A stretch of DNA of 64,000 nt from the human T2T-CHM13v2.0 reference genome, Homo sapiens. The stretch lies in the NCBI RefSeq assembly GCF_009914755.1, contig NC_060934.1; one strand, given 5' to 3'. Below, one piece after another: positions 27,523 through 45,309 of the stretch. Position 1 is the stretch's first letter. Each line of letters opens with the position of its first letter. The notes below the pieces were generated by a model. The model saw only the letters and a list, made by a program, of their open reading frames with translations. It was not told the origin of the DNA and made no database searches. The translations under genes were made by a program, and so were the position numbers.

Positions 27523-28734
27523 TCTCCCGAACCTCTCCAGCTAGATGTCCCACAGGCAACCTGTGGCAAACCCAACGTGATTCTCCCCAGCTCTGAGTCT
27601 CTACAACTGTATTCCCGTGTTGAAGTTATGATCGATGAACTACTTACTCAATTTGGGAACTTGGGGACAGCCCTCACCATCTTCTGAAGTGAACTGATCT
27701 GCCCTTTTCTCAACAATGCCAGTGCTTTCGCCCTGCTTTGGGATTTGGCATCTCTTCCCCAAGCTGTTTAACTGGATTCCTATCTCGTTACTCTGTCTCC
27801 ATTATCTCCTCCTGCAAACCACTCGCCACATGGCTGCTAAAATCATCTTTCCCAAGCATTGATCTGCCCGTTTCTTCCCTGTGCATTTATTTTTTGGCTT
27901 TCCATTGTCATGTTATATTTGGGGACCTCTCCACACTGTGAGTCTTGGTGGAAACAGAGTCTTGACATGAGCAAGTAACCCATGCTCCACCAGGGGAATG
28001 CACTGGCCCTAGACCTCAACTCTAGGGCTTGTGGCAAAAGGATGGTAAGAGAAGGAATGATGTGTTCTGTGGCTCTGGCAGCGGCAGCTACATCCAGCTT
28101 CTGGGGTCAGCCAGGGCAATCATGCCAGCTACGACATCCAGCATCTAGCAAGGTTAATGGGGTAAGCTGCCGTTTCTGGCCTCGGCAGCATGACCATGGG
28201 CTCCTTCCAGGCCTGGTTTTGTGGTATGACACGGCCTGAACCTCTGGCTTCAGAGCCTCTCCTTGTGTCCCTGTATTTTATCCAGCCTGCTTCTCCAGCC
28301 TTCTAGGCCAGTCCTTGAGATCCTGGTTTCCTCTCAAACAATTCCTTTTGAGCCCATCTCAGCCAGAACCAGCTCTGTTGCTCACAGCTATAAACCTTGA
28401 CTGAGACACTCCTGTGTGGTTTCAGGAGAAAATTTAAACTCTTCAGCCAGGCATAAGAGACCCTTTACGATCTGAGCCTCACTCACCTGTTCCCTGGCCC
28501 ACTGCCCACCCCACAGCCCTAAGTGATTAGCAAAGCAGGCCTTTCACATTTACAGGCCTCTGCCCTCCTGGCATCCCCTTCTCCACCTGGTAAATGCTGC
28601 CCAACTCAAGCAGCAACTCCTACCATAATCTTTCCCCTTCTCCCTTCTCTCCCAGCAGAACGGTGGGCTCCCCTCTCTGGTTCCCTGCAGCCTTGCTCTG
28701 CATAGGCTCTGATGAATGCCTGGCACCCTATATC

Positions 28735-28751
28735 TGTGTGTGTGTGTGTGT

Positions 28752-28785
<34 letters not shown>

Positions 28786-28806
28786 CTGTGTGTGTGTGTC
28801 TGTGTG
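28735..28806. repeat. Interrupted (TG)n microsatellite
   Basis: About 70 bp of TG with TC interruptions. Confidence 0.97.
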
Positions 28807-31173
28807 TCTTGGGAGGGTCATAGAGCTCCTCAAAGCAGCAGCATGTCACCTCCCCCACGCCCCACGTCTTTGTGCCTCCTACCCTAGAGCCCAGCATAGC
28901 ACTTGTCCCATAGTGAGCCCTCAACAAACACACAGTTAACAAAGGATGGCAATCAATGCTCCATCCTGCCAGCCCTGGACACAACACCCAACAGTTGCTC
29001 GAGGGCCAGTGTGGCATTCTTACTTAATAAAACATGTTGGAAAATGTTTGAATGTCTCGGGGAAGAGTGCTTAGTACAAACTGTTGCAGACATTTCCATG
29101 GCATCTCTCTCGGGGATTATCAGTTGACCGGCTGGGAAAACTGTCTCCCTCAGGTTCTGGTGGCTGGAAGAGCCTTGTCACTGTGGAGCAGGGAAGACAT
29201 GGCTGTCTCTTTTGGCCACTGTGGTGGACAGGGGCTGCTGTTGTCACTGCCTCCCTGCCTCTCCCCACTCTCAGTCTATGTGGTCCCCTGGACTCCACAC
29301 CTTGCCTTGTTGCAGCTGAAACTCGTGTCCAAACAGTCAGAGCACATCGCCCAGGCCACAGCAATCAGCTTTTCTTAGGCCAGTGTAAGTTAGACTTCTT
29401 ATCACTTGTAATCAGAACTGAAATGTTTTTTGCTACATCAGCCACTAAACTCAACAGTGGGTGCCCAGCAGGATTAAGTGGGCCTCCTCTCACACAGGAA
29501 AGGGGTGGCTCCCTGCAGCTCCTGGCACACCCAGCTCTAGTCCGGGACTTGAGTCCCCCACACCCCGCTGCAGTAGCTGATGGCTTTAGCTCCGCATTTG
29601 CCCCCTCACCCCCAGGCTCTTCTCTGTCTCACCCACCCCAGCCCAGCCCTTCCCTCCTTCTCCCCATTCCCCAGGGCTCTGCCTCCTCCCCCTTTTCAGG
29701 AGTAAACACTTTCCTGTTTTCTCCTCCAGCAGTTAATGCCTCCCTGTGTTTGATTCCAGGCAGACATAGACCACAGTTCTGGAAACTTCACCCTGTTACC
29801 TGCTGTAAGCGAGGAAACCATGGCATGGCCGTCATGGATGTTCATGAGTTCTCGGCAACCTGTGAGCTAACAGGCCTTGCTATCCAGACTTTTAAAACTG
29901 TGTTTCAGAGAGTGAAGTCACTTGCCCATGGCCCCAAGGCTGGCTGGGGGCAGAGTCAGGGCTCAAACCCAGGTCTACATGACTCAGATGAAGCTGAGAT
30001 GGGCAAGCAGAGTGCTGATAAGCAAAAGAGAGGCAGTCGAGGAGCCAAGAACACACAGATTCACTTCATGCGACGTGGGGAAGGTGCTAGAACATGTAAG
30101 GGCTTTTAGCCAAAGTACAGACATCTAAATTGTAGAGGTTGTCCTGAAAAAAAAAATTGTAACTGTGAAATATTTGGGAAAATAGCCCCCTTTTCCAATA
30201 TGTTGTTCAGTTTGTCAAAGTGACTGTTGCCATTTTCCAAACAGCTTGACTTGCATGTTATATGAGTTATGGCCCCTCCCATTGTGCTGCACGGACGGCT
30301 GCTGTGTCCTTCAAAGCACACATTTCAACAGGCTCTAAGATCCCAGCAAAAAAGCGCCCCAAATCCCTTTATTGCAGAAGACAACCTTGGGCACGCCTAT
30401 GTGTGAGCAAACACTTTGAGGGTTGCTCGAATGGAAGTATGTGTGTGTCATTTTATGGAACGGGGGCATAGGAAAAAGAAAAGACTGCTGTCTTCTTTGT
30501 CAACCACACAATATACACAGCTCAGGGGTGGGGATGCAGAGCCGGGATGTGAATGCCCACTCCCCTCTTGCTGTTTGTAGTATTGAAAACGTACTCAGCC
30601 TCTCATTCTCAGTTTTCTCACCTATAAAATGGGGGTGGCAATAACATGTCCCTCCTGAGGCTATTATGAGGATAAAATGAAATGCTGTAAGGAGCTGAGC
30701 CCACTGGCACACGGTTAAGCCAGCAGTAAATGTGAGCGACCATCATCCCGGCTTCTTTTGTTTAGGTTCTCATTTTTACTCAAAGGACATACATTGCTTT
30801 TCCACCAGGAAAAACATGAAGTTTGGTTTTTAGGATCATCTACAATAAAGCAGCAGCATTTTTTTTTTTGGCCTTTCCTTCTGGGCCCAGCAGTCCTGAG
30901 AAGGAGGTGACAGCAAGGTGTTTTCATCTTACACTTCAGCTGAAGAGAGAGGTGACAGAACGCAGAGGCAGATAATGTGTAATGGAGTTCCGCCCCAGCC
31001 TCCAAATTTTGAGAATTCTTTCTTGTTATGCTGGAAATTTCCTTGGGTATTTAAAGAGAAAACAGCTCACATCATTCTCTCCCTCCCCCCATCTATGGAG
31101 AAAAGCCAGTGAGCCCCAACAGACCCACATTGACTGACCTGGCAGGCACTGAGCCACCACCAAGGACCAAGCA

Positions 31174-32260
<1,087 letters not shown>

Positions 32261-32649
32261 GAGTGGCAGTAGAGAAGCTGCAAGGATCCTGAGCACTGGC
32301 TCCAGGGCAGGGAAGGAACCCAGGAGCTTGGCTTTCACAGGGTAATAGGACTAAAAATATCCCACGTGAGGCAGAGGGCTTGCAGCAGTTTCTCTGCTTA
32401 AAACCAGTGTTGGGATGTGGATCTACTGGTCAGGAAATATGGCAAAAACAAACTCTGACCTACTACCTGGAACACTGGTTTATTTGAGGTTCTGGACTTA
32501 AAGAGGAGGCTAGATAAAGAACTTAATCAAGATCACCTGCTGGCTTCTTGCCTGGGCCTAGCATCTGTCTAGCATCACCACAGAAGAGAATCCATAAAAC
32601 TTCATTATAATGTTTAGTCCAAATGAGATTAGATGAGGCTTAGTAAAGA

Positions 32650-33419
32650 CAACCACAAAAACGAAAAACTGATGCACAAGGCAGGAGAGAGATGAGAAAC
32701 AAAACAACACAAAAGGCCTAAAACACCCCACTCTAAATAAGCCAGCAAATCAACATTCCAAATATAAGGGAGAATGCAAGTACTGAAAAAGACGGCCAAC
32801 AAGGTCAACCTCGTTGGAACATGAGCTCACTCCAGACAAAATTAGGTTTATAAAACAATCTGACAAATGCTTCACAATTATTATAAGCTGCACCAAGAGA
32901 TTTTTTAAACAACATCCATGAAAAATAAAATACTTTTAAATAGGCAGAAATGAAGAATGTATACTACAATGAGAGATATCAAGGACATATGAACAATTTC
33001 AAAATCTTAGAAAAGTATAGTCATTGACATTTTTTAAAACTCACTAGATAGGATAAATTCTATATAGAAACTAATAAAGGAAAACATGACTGAATTGGAA
33101 GATAGTCCTGGAGAATTCACCCATGACAAGACACAGAGACACAGAAAATAAAAGATTCATTTGAAAAAAACAGCTATGAGACCTGACGTCTACTTTGAAA
33201 TGTTCTAACACCTATCTAACAAGGGTTACAGAAGCAGGGAATGAGAAAAATAGCAAAAAATACGTATTTGAAGAGATAATAGCTTAAACAAATATAGAAT
33301 TGAGGAAAGGGTTCTCAGAGTACACTATGAATACGGAGCCAGGACAAAGAAAGATAAATCTACACCTAGAGAATCTGTAACAAAACTGAAGAACATCAAG
33401 GGTAAAAAAGGAAATGTTA
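32650..33419 (+). mobile_element. Very old L1 ORF1-region remnant (continues at 39831-40075)
   Basis: A-rich degenerate ORF1 text (gaattggaagatag..., gtatttgaagagataatagc, tacacctaga..aaaactgaagaacatcaag; resumes aaagctaccaga...cttagaattttatgcc). Confidence 0.55.
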
Positions 33420-33716
33420 GGCCAGGTGTGGTGGCTCACGCCTGTAATCCCAGCACTTCAGGAGGTCAAGGTGGGTTGATGATTTGAGGTCAGGAGTTCC
33501 AGACCAGCCTGGCCAACATGGTGAAACCCCATCTCTACTAAAAATACAAAAATTAGCGGGGCATGGTGGCGGGCACCTGTAGTTCCAGCTACTGGGAGGC
33601 TGAGGCATGAGAAGAGCTACTCCAGGAGGCAGAGGTTGCAGTGAGCCGAGATCACACCACTGCACTCCAGCCTGGGTGACAGAGCGAGACTCCATCGCAA
33701 AAAAATAATAATAAAG
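33420..33716 (+). mobile_element. Alu (AluS-like) whose tail received the L1PA insertion
   Basis: Dimeric Alu; the flanking AAATGTTA recurs only after the L1 3' end (about 39828-39835). Confidence 0.92.
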
Positions 33717-33816
33717 AAGATGGCCGAATAGGAACAGCTCCAATCTACAGCTCCCAGCGTGAGCGATGCAGAAGACGAATCATTTCTGCATTTCCAACTG
33801 AAGTACTGGGTTCATC

Positions 33817-34143
33817 TCACTGTGGATTGTTGGACAGTGGGTGCAGCACACCCAGCGTGAGCCGAAGCAGGGCGAGGCATCGCCTTACCTGGGAAGCACA
33901 AGAGGTCAGGGAATTCCCTTTTCTAGCCAAGAAAAGGGGTGACAGACAGCACCTGGAAAATCGGGTCACTCCCACCCTAATACTGTGTTTTTCCAATGGT
34001 CTTAGCAAACAGCACACCAGGAGATTGTATCCTGTGCCTGGCTCGGAGGGTGCTACGCCCACGGAGCCTTGCTCATTGCTAGCACAGCAGTGTGAGATCA
34101 AACTGCAAGGCCGCAGCAAGTCTGGGGGAGGGGTGCCCGCCAT
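33817..34143 (-). other. L1 antisense ORF0 homologue (108 aa)
   Basis: MAGTPPPDLLRPCSLISHCCASNEQGSVGVAPSEPG...IRVGVTRFSRC matches recalled ORF0 (MAGAPPPASLPPCSLISDCCASNQRDSVGVGPSEPG...IRVGVTRFSRC). Confidence 0.8.
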
Positions 34144-34715
34144 TGCTGAGGGTTGAGTAGGTAAACAAAGCGGCCAGGAAGCTCAAACTGGGTGGAGCCC
34201 CCCGCAGCTGAAGGAGGCCTGCCTACCTCTATAGACTCCACCTCTGGGGGCATGGCATAGCCAAATAAAAGGCAGCAGTAACCTCTGCAGGCTTAAATGT
34301 CCCTGTCTGACAGCTTTGAAGAGAGTAGTGGTTCTCCCAGCACGCAGCTGGAGATCTGACAATGGACAGACTGCCTCCTCAAGTGGGTCCCTGACCCCCG
34401 AGTAGCCTAACTGGGAGGCACCCCTAAGTAGGGGCAGACTGACACCTCACACGACCGGGTACTCCTCTGAGACAAAACTTCCAGAGGAACGATCAGGCAG
34501 CATTTGCTGTTCACCAATATCCGCTGTTCTGCAGCCTCCGCTGCTGATACCCAGGCAAACAGGGTCTGGAGTGGACCTCCAGCAAACTCCAACAGACCTG
34601 CAGCTGAGGGTCCTGACTGTTAGAAGGACAACTAACAAATAGAAAGGACATCCACACCAAAACCCCATCTGTACGTCACCATCATCAAAGTCCAAAGGTA
34701 GATAAAACCACAAAG

Positions 34716-35731
34716 ATGGGGAAAAAACAGAGCAGAAAAACTGAAAATTCTAAAAATCAGAGCACCTCTCCTCCTCCAAAGGAACGCAGCTCCTCACCAG
34801 CAATGGAACAAAGCTGGATGGAGAATGACTTTGACAAGTTGAGAGAAGAAGGCTTCAGATGATCAAACTACTCCGAGCTAAAGGAGGAAGTTCTAACCCA
34901 TGGCAAAGAAATTAAAAACCTTGAAAAAATATTAGACGAATGGCTAACTAGAATAACCAATGCAGAGAAGTCCTTAAAGGACCTGATGGAGCTGAAAACC
35001 ATGGCACAAGAAATACGTGACGAATGCACAAGCCTCAATAACCGATTCGATCAACTGGAAGAAAGGGTATCGTGATGGAAGATCAAATGAATGAAATGAA
35101 GCGAGAAGAGAAGTTTAGAGAAAAAAGAATAAAAAGAAATGAACAAAGCCTCCAGGAAATATTGGACTATGTGAAAAGACCAAATCTACGTCTGATTGCT
35201 GTACCTGAAAGTGACGGGGAGAATGGAACCAAGTTGGAAAACACTCTGCAGGTTATTATCCAGGAGAACTTTCCCAACCTAGCAAGGCAGGCCAACATTC
35301 AGATTCAGGAAATACAGAGAACGCCACAAAGATACTCCTCGAGAAGAGCAACTCCAAGACACATAATTGTCAGATTCACCAAAGTTGAAATGAAGGAAAA
35401 AATGTTAAGGGCAGCCAGAGAGAAACCTCGGGTTACCCACAAAGGGAAGCCCATCAGACTAACAGCTGATCTCTCGGCAGAAACTCTACAAGCCAGAAGA
35501 GAGTGGGGGCCAATACTCAACATTCTTAAAGAAAAGAATTTTCAACCCAGAATTTCATATCCAGCCAAACTAAGCTTCATAAGTGAAGGAGAAATAAAAT
35601 ACTTTACAGACAAGCAAATGCTGAGAGATTTTGTCACCACCAGGCCTGCCCTACAAGAGCTCCTGAAGGAAGCACTAAACATGGAAAGGAACACTCAGTA
35701 CCAGCCACGGCAAAAACATGCCAAATTGTAA
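34716..35731 (+). pseudogene. L1 ORF1p, disrupted
   Basis: ATG GGG AAA AAA CAG at 34716; in-frame TGA at 34860-34862; 1-nt deletion near 35070; C-terminal 219-aa ORF intact. Confidence 0.93.
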
Positions 35732-35779
35732 AGACCATCAAGGCTAGGAAGAAACTGCATCAACTAATGAGCAAAATAA

Positions 35780-39601
<3,822 letters not shown>

Positions 39602-40078
39602 ACAGTGAGAACACATGGACACAGGAAGGGGAACATCTCACACATGGGCCTGTTGTCGGGTGGGGGGAAGGGGGAGGGATAGCATTAGGAGATATACCTA
39701 ATGTTAAATGACGAGTTAATAGGTGCAGCACACCAACATGGGACATGTATACATATGTAACAAACCTGCACATTGTGCACATGTACCCTAAAACTTAAAG
39801 TATAATAAAAGATAATAAAATAAAATAAAATGTTAAAAGCTACCAGAAAGGAAATATAAATTGCTAAGAGCGCAACAACTAAACTGATGGAAGACTTTTC
39901 ATCAGCAAAATGAGAGCCAAGAAAATGGAGGAACAGCTTCCAAAGGACTGAGGGTAAAAAAACTGTCAACTTAGAATTTTATGCCACATAAACTATCATT
40001 TATGAGGAGTAATAAAAGTTTTTATAACCAAAAAACTAAGAGGGCTCACCACCGATAGATTCTCACTAAAGGCATGGT

Positions 40079-40580
40079 TTGTTTTAAGGGCCACTGGGTT
40101 TTGCTTTAATCAGGTGTGGTAAGACACACAAACACAGAAATGGCTGTCATGAAGAAAGAAGTTTGTTTTACTCATAGCTAGATAGAAACTGGAGGTACCA
40201 CATGCCAGGCATGGCACGGTGGGTCAGGGGCAGAGGGAGTGAGGAGGAAATGTGGGTAAGAGCCTTTTTATTACAGTTTCTATGGGAAGAAAAGGACAAA
40301 GGAGGGGAAGCAGGCTTACGAGTGGCTAGCTTGAATGGTTTCAGCAGGCTTTTAATCCTCATGGGGAATGGAAATGTCCTGAATTATCTGGTACCGGGCC
40401 ATAGGGTGATTAGGGCCTGTGATTGGGAAATGGGCTCTTCATTGGTTGGTTTGCATACAGAAAGCCTATTCTCGGGGGAGTTGTTTACTAACTCTACAAA
40501 TTGGTTGGCCCTGGGAGGGGCAGTCCCTCCAGGGTTAGCAATGTCCAGAGATGTAAAAGCATCAGAAAATAAAAAACACG
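40079..40580. mobile_element. Probable ERVL-class LTR (MER54/MER73/MER74-like)
   Basis: Similarity to recalled LTR text (gtgggtaagagcctttt..gtttc..ggaag..agcaggctt..tggctag.ttgaat..tttcagc); family uncertain. Confidence 0.4.
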
Positions 40581-40585
40581 ATTAC

Positions 40586-42360
40586 AAGGTGGGTAGATTG
40601 TTTGAGGCCAGGAGTTCGAGACCAGCTTCAGCAACATAGCAAGACCCCTTCACTACAAAAAAAATTTTTAAAGGTAGACGGGTGTAGTAACAGGTCCTTG
40701 TAGTCCCAGCTACTCTGGAGGCTGAGGCAGGAGGATCACTTGAGTCCAGGAGTTCGAGGCTGCATAAGCTATAATCATACCACTGCACTTCAATCTGGGC
40801 AACAGAGTGAGAGTCTGTCTCTAAAAGAAAAAAAAAAGATCAATTACAAAGTTGTATTTCAGTCCAAAGTAAAATAAACCAAGAGAGAAGTTGTGGGATT
40901 CAAAATACAATGCTAAGCACAGGGATGAATAAAACATCACTAAATTTAATTAACAATAAAAAATAGTTAGCTGGGCACAGTGGCTCACACCTATAATACC
41001 AGCATTTTGGGAGGCCGAGGCAGAAAGATTGCTTGAGCCCAGGAGTTAAAGACAAGCCTGGGCAACATATCAAAACCCCATCTCTTCTTGCACTTTTTGT
41101 ACAAAAAGCAGAAAAATTAGCAGGACGTGGGGGCTCGCATCTGTAGTCCCAGCTACTGGGGAGGCTAAAGTGGGAGGATCACTTGAGCTGAGGGAGGTTG
41201 AGGCTGCAGTGAGCTGAGGTCATGCCAGTGCATGATCCTGTCTGTCTCAAAAAAAAAAAAAAAAAGGAAAATAGCCATATTAAAATAATATAATTTCTGT
41301 GTTTAACAATATTGTTTTTAGATAAAAAGACTAAAATGGGAGTTATTCAACAAGTTCCTTTGTTAAAGAAGTTAGAAATACTAAATAACAAATTTTTAAA
41401 TAAAATCATTCATACAAAAGAATTATTAAGAATAAGAATGGATACTAAAATGAATATTAATATGTATTGCTTCCAAACCAGCAGATGATAATTCGGATTA
41501 TAAGAAAATTAAGCCGGGCGTGGTGGCTCACATCTGTAATCCCAGCACTTTGGGAGGCTGAGGTAGGCGGATCACGAGGTCAGGAGTTCGAGATCAGCCT
41601 GGCCAACATGGAGAAACCTTGTCTCTACTAAAAACACAAAAATGAGTTGGACGTGGTGGCCTGTGCCTGCAGTCCCAGCTACTCGGGAGGCAGGGGCAGG
41701 CTTGAACCCAGGAGGCAGTGGTTACAGTGAGCAGAGATGGCGCCATTGCACTCCAGCCTGGGTGACAGAGCAAAACTCCATCTCAAAAAAAAAAAAGAAA
41801 AGAAAAAAGAAAACTAAAACTTTTATTCAACAAAAGATGGGATAAATAGAAAGATAACTTACAGTTTGGAAAATGATACCTGTACCACATGTAACTGTCA
41901 AGGCTCAGATTCTAGAATTTATAAACAACTGCTAAAACCCAAGATGAAAAAGTAACAAAGAGCTTCCACTGTATTTGTTATGCTTTATTGTTGTAAAAAT
42001 ATGGAAAGCATGTAGACCAAGACATCAGAATTTGATCAAGATGAGTGGTTGATGGATATACTGATGTCTGTTCTCATATCCTTTTCACTTTTCTGTATAT
42101 TTTATTTTTTTGAGACAGAGTCTCACTTGACTCACTGCAACCTCCACCTCCTGGGTTCAAGCAATTCTCCTGCCTCAGCCTCCGGAATAGCTGGGACGAC
42201 AGGTGTGCACCAACACGCCCGGCTAATTTTTGTGTTTTTCATAGAGATAGGGTTTCACCATGTTAGCCAGGCTGGTCTCAAACTCCTGACCTCAGGTGAT
42301 CAACCTGCCTTCATCTCCCAAAGTGCTAGGATTACAGGCATGAGCCACCATGCCCAGCCT
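40586..42360. mobile_element. Alu cluster: 40586-40837 (+, 5'-truncated), 40969-41265 (+), 41512-41812 (+), 42104-42360 (-)
   Basis: Alu consensus blocks with A or T tails. Confidence 0.92.
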
Positions 42361-43149
42361 CCTTTTCTGTATATTTTAAATATTTCATAATATTATTTAA
42401 GAATTAGAAAGAACCATAAGCATTATAGCAGAATCAAATACATCCCCATTTGATTCCCATTTTTACCTTAATTACCATAGTAGACAGCAAGTGTGGTCAC
42501 TGTCCCCCCACAACCATGGTCCCAGCGTTGAGACTAGCTGACAGAGATGGTGCAGACAGGGACCCTGGCGAACTCAGCTCTGCCAAGCAAAGATCTCCGA
42601 CCCTCCACAGAGGAAGATTCCACATAAGTGGCAGGTGTGGTCCTCCAGCTGGCCTCACCCTGGGGAACCAGGGACAGGGACCCACTGGCTGCTGCATGGG
42701 GCTCACAGGGAAGGAAGAAAGACAATGCTGCCAACTGGAGCCCCCTTTCTGCTGGCTTCTCAGCACTGCTCACTCCCCAGCACCTCAAGACCTTTGGGCT
42801 AGAGATGTCAACACAAGGAAATCCAGTTCAGCAGTTAAGAGGAAGATCAGCAAACTGAAGTAGCATTCATGCCATGGGATGTTTCAGATCCACATTCTAT
42901 ACTGTTTCAGGGAATATAAGCTTCATAGACACAACATTTGTAGAAGTTGCTCCTTAAGCAACAACTTAACAGCAACTCCAATTTAAAACCAAAAAGCATG
43001 TCAATACAATCAGAGTGTTCAACTTAGCGCTGCCTAGCTTTCATATTGATCACAAAGCAGGTACTTTTTGGAGGGACCTCACAACATTTTGCTGAACGAA
43101 AAAAGCTCAATCTCAACCAGTAACACACTGTGTGATTCCATTTATATAA

Positions 43150-43329
<180 letters not shown>

Positions 43330-43482
43330 TGACAAAATTTTAGAGATGGAAAAGAGATTAAAGGTTGCTAGAGGTTAGGGACAGTGGCAGAGAGGCTGTA
43401 ACTATACATAGGCAGTACGAGTGAGATCTTTGTGATGCTGGATAATAGTTACACAAGTCTACATATGTAATAAAATGGCATT

Positions 43483-44175
<693 letters not shown>

Positions 44176-44275
44176 CTATGTTTGCAAGTTCTTGTGAATT
44201 TATAATTATTTTAAAATTAAAATTTAAGAAAAAAATCACTTACTTGTGTATAAAGTTAAATAAAATCTATAGATT

Positions 44276-44962
44276 AGGGATTGGCAAACTATGAACAATA
44301 GATCAAATCTGGCCCACCACCTATTTTTGTATGACCTGCAATCTGAGGATAATTTTTATATCTTTAAGTGGTTAAAAATTTTTTAAAAAGAATGTTTTGT
44401 GATACATGAAAATTATGTGAAGTTCAAATTTCAGAATCCATAGGAAAAGTTTTATTGGAACACATACATATCTATTCATTTACATATTATCTATACATTA
44501 CTTCAGCAGAGTTGAGTTATTGCTTGCTATAGAATGAATGTTTGTGTCCCCTAAATATGTTGAAACCTAATTCCCAATGTGATGGTATTTGAAGGCAGGG
44601 TTTTTGGGAACTGATTAGGCCATGAAGGTGGAGTCTTAATAAACGAGATTAATGACCTTATAAAGGGACCTCAAAGAGCTCCCTCACCCCATCTGCCATG
44701 TGAGGACACAGTGAGAAGATAGCTATCTATGAACCATGAAGCAGGCACTAATAAGACATTGAATCTGCCAGCATCTTGATCTTGAACTTCCCAGCCTCCA
44801 GAACTGTGAGAAATAAATTTCTGTTGTTTATAAGCTACACAGACCATAGTCTTTGTTACAACAGCCTGAATAGAGTAAGACATTGCTACAGAAATCATAT
44901 GGCCTACAAAGCCTAAATTACTTACAATCTAGCTATTTACAGAAAAATTTTGCCAATCCTTG
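44276..44962 (+). mobile_element. MER58-like hAT element split by an MLT1A/MST LTR (44525-44882)
   Basis: Ends tagggattggcaaact / ttttgccaatccttg; internal LTR tgctat...taagaca with 5-bp TSD TTGCT. Confidence 0.8.
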
Positions 44963-45309
44963 CTATAGAACATTTAGGGACTTATTAATTCACTATTTTG
45001 AATAATGCTGAAATGAAAAATCTTTGTACTCATTTCTGTATACACATGTATAAGAATATCTCTAGGACAGAAACCAAGAAATGGAGGTATTTAAATTTTT
45101 AATACATATTGCCAAATCTTCCTTCAAAGATGGTGGTTGTAGGGAACAGCTTCTGGTAATGAAAGAGGAATTTGTGTCAGATTAACCCTCCTGCTGATAA
45201 CATTTACAAAAATCTGGACAAAAATGTAAAAAGAACAACTGTTTGAGGCACTGTAGATCAACTAAAAGTAGGGAGAAATTGATGGGATATGACTACTCTT
45301 ATGAGAAGA

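Noticed and set aside
29084-30109. 341-aa ORF
   Set aside because: Non-ATG start, no recognisable domain, overlaps MIR-like and pyrimidine-rich sequence, no splice or promoter support
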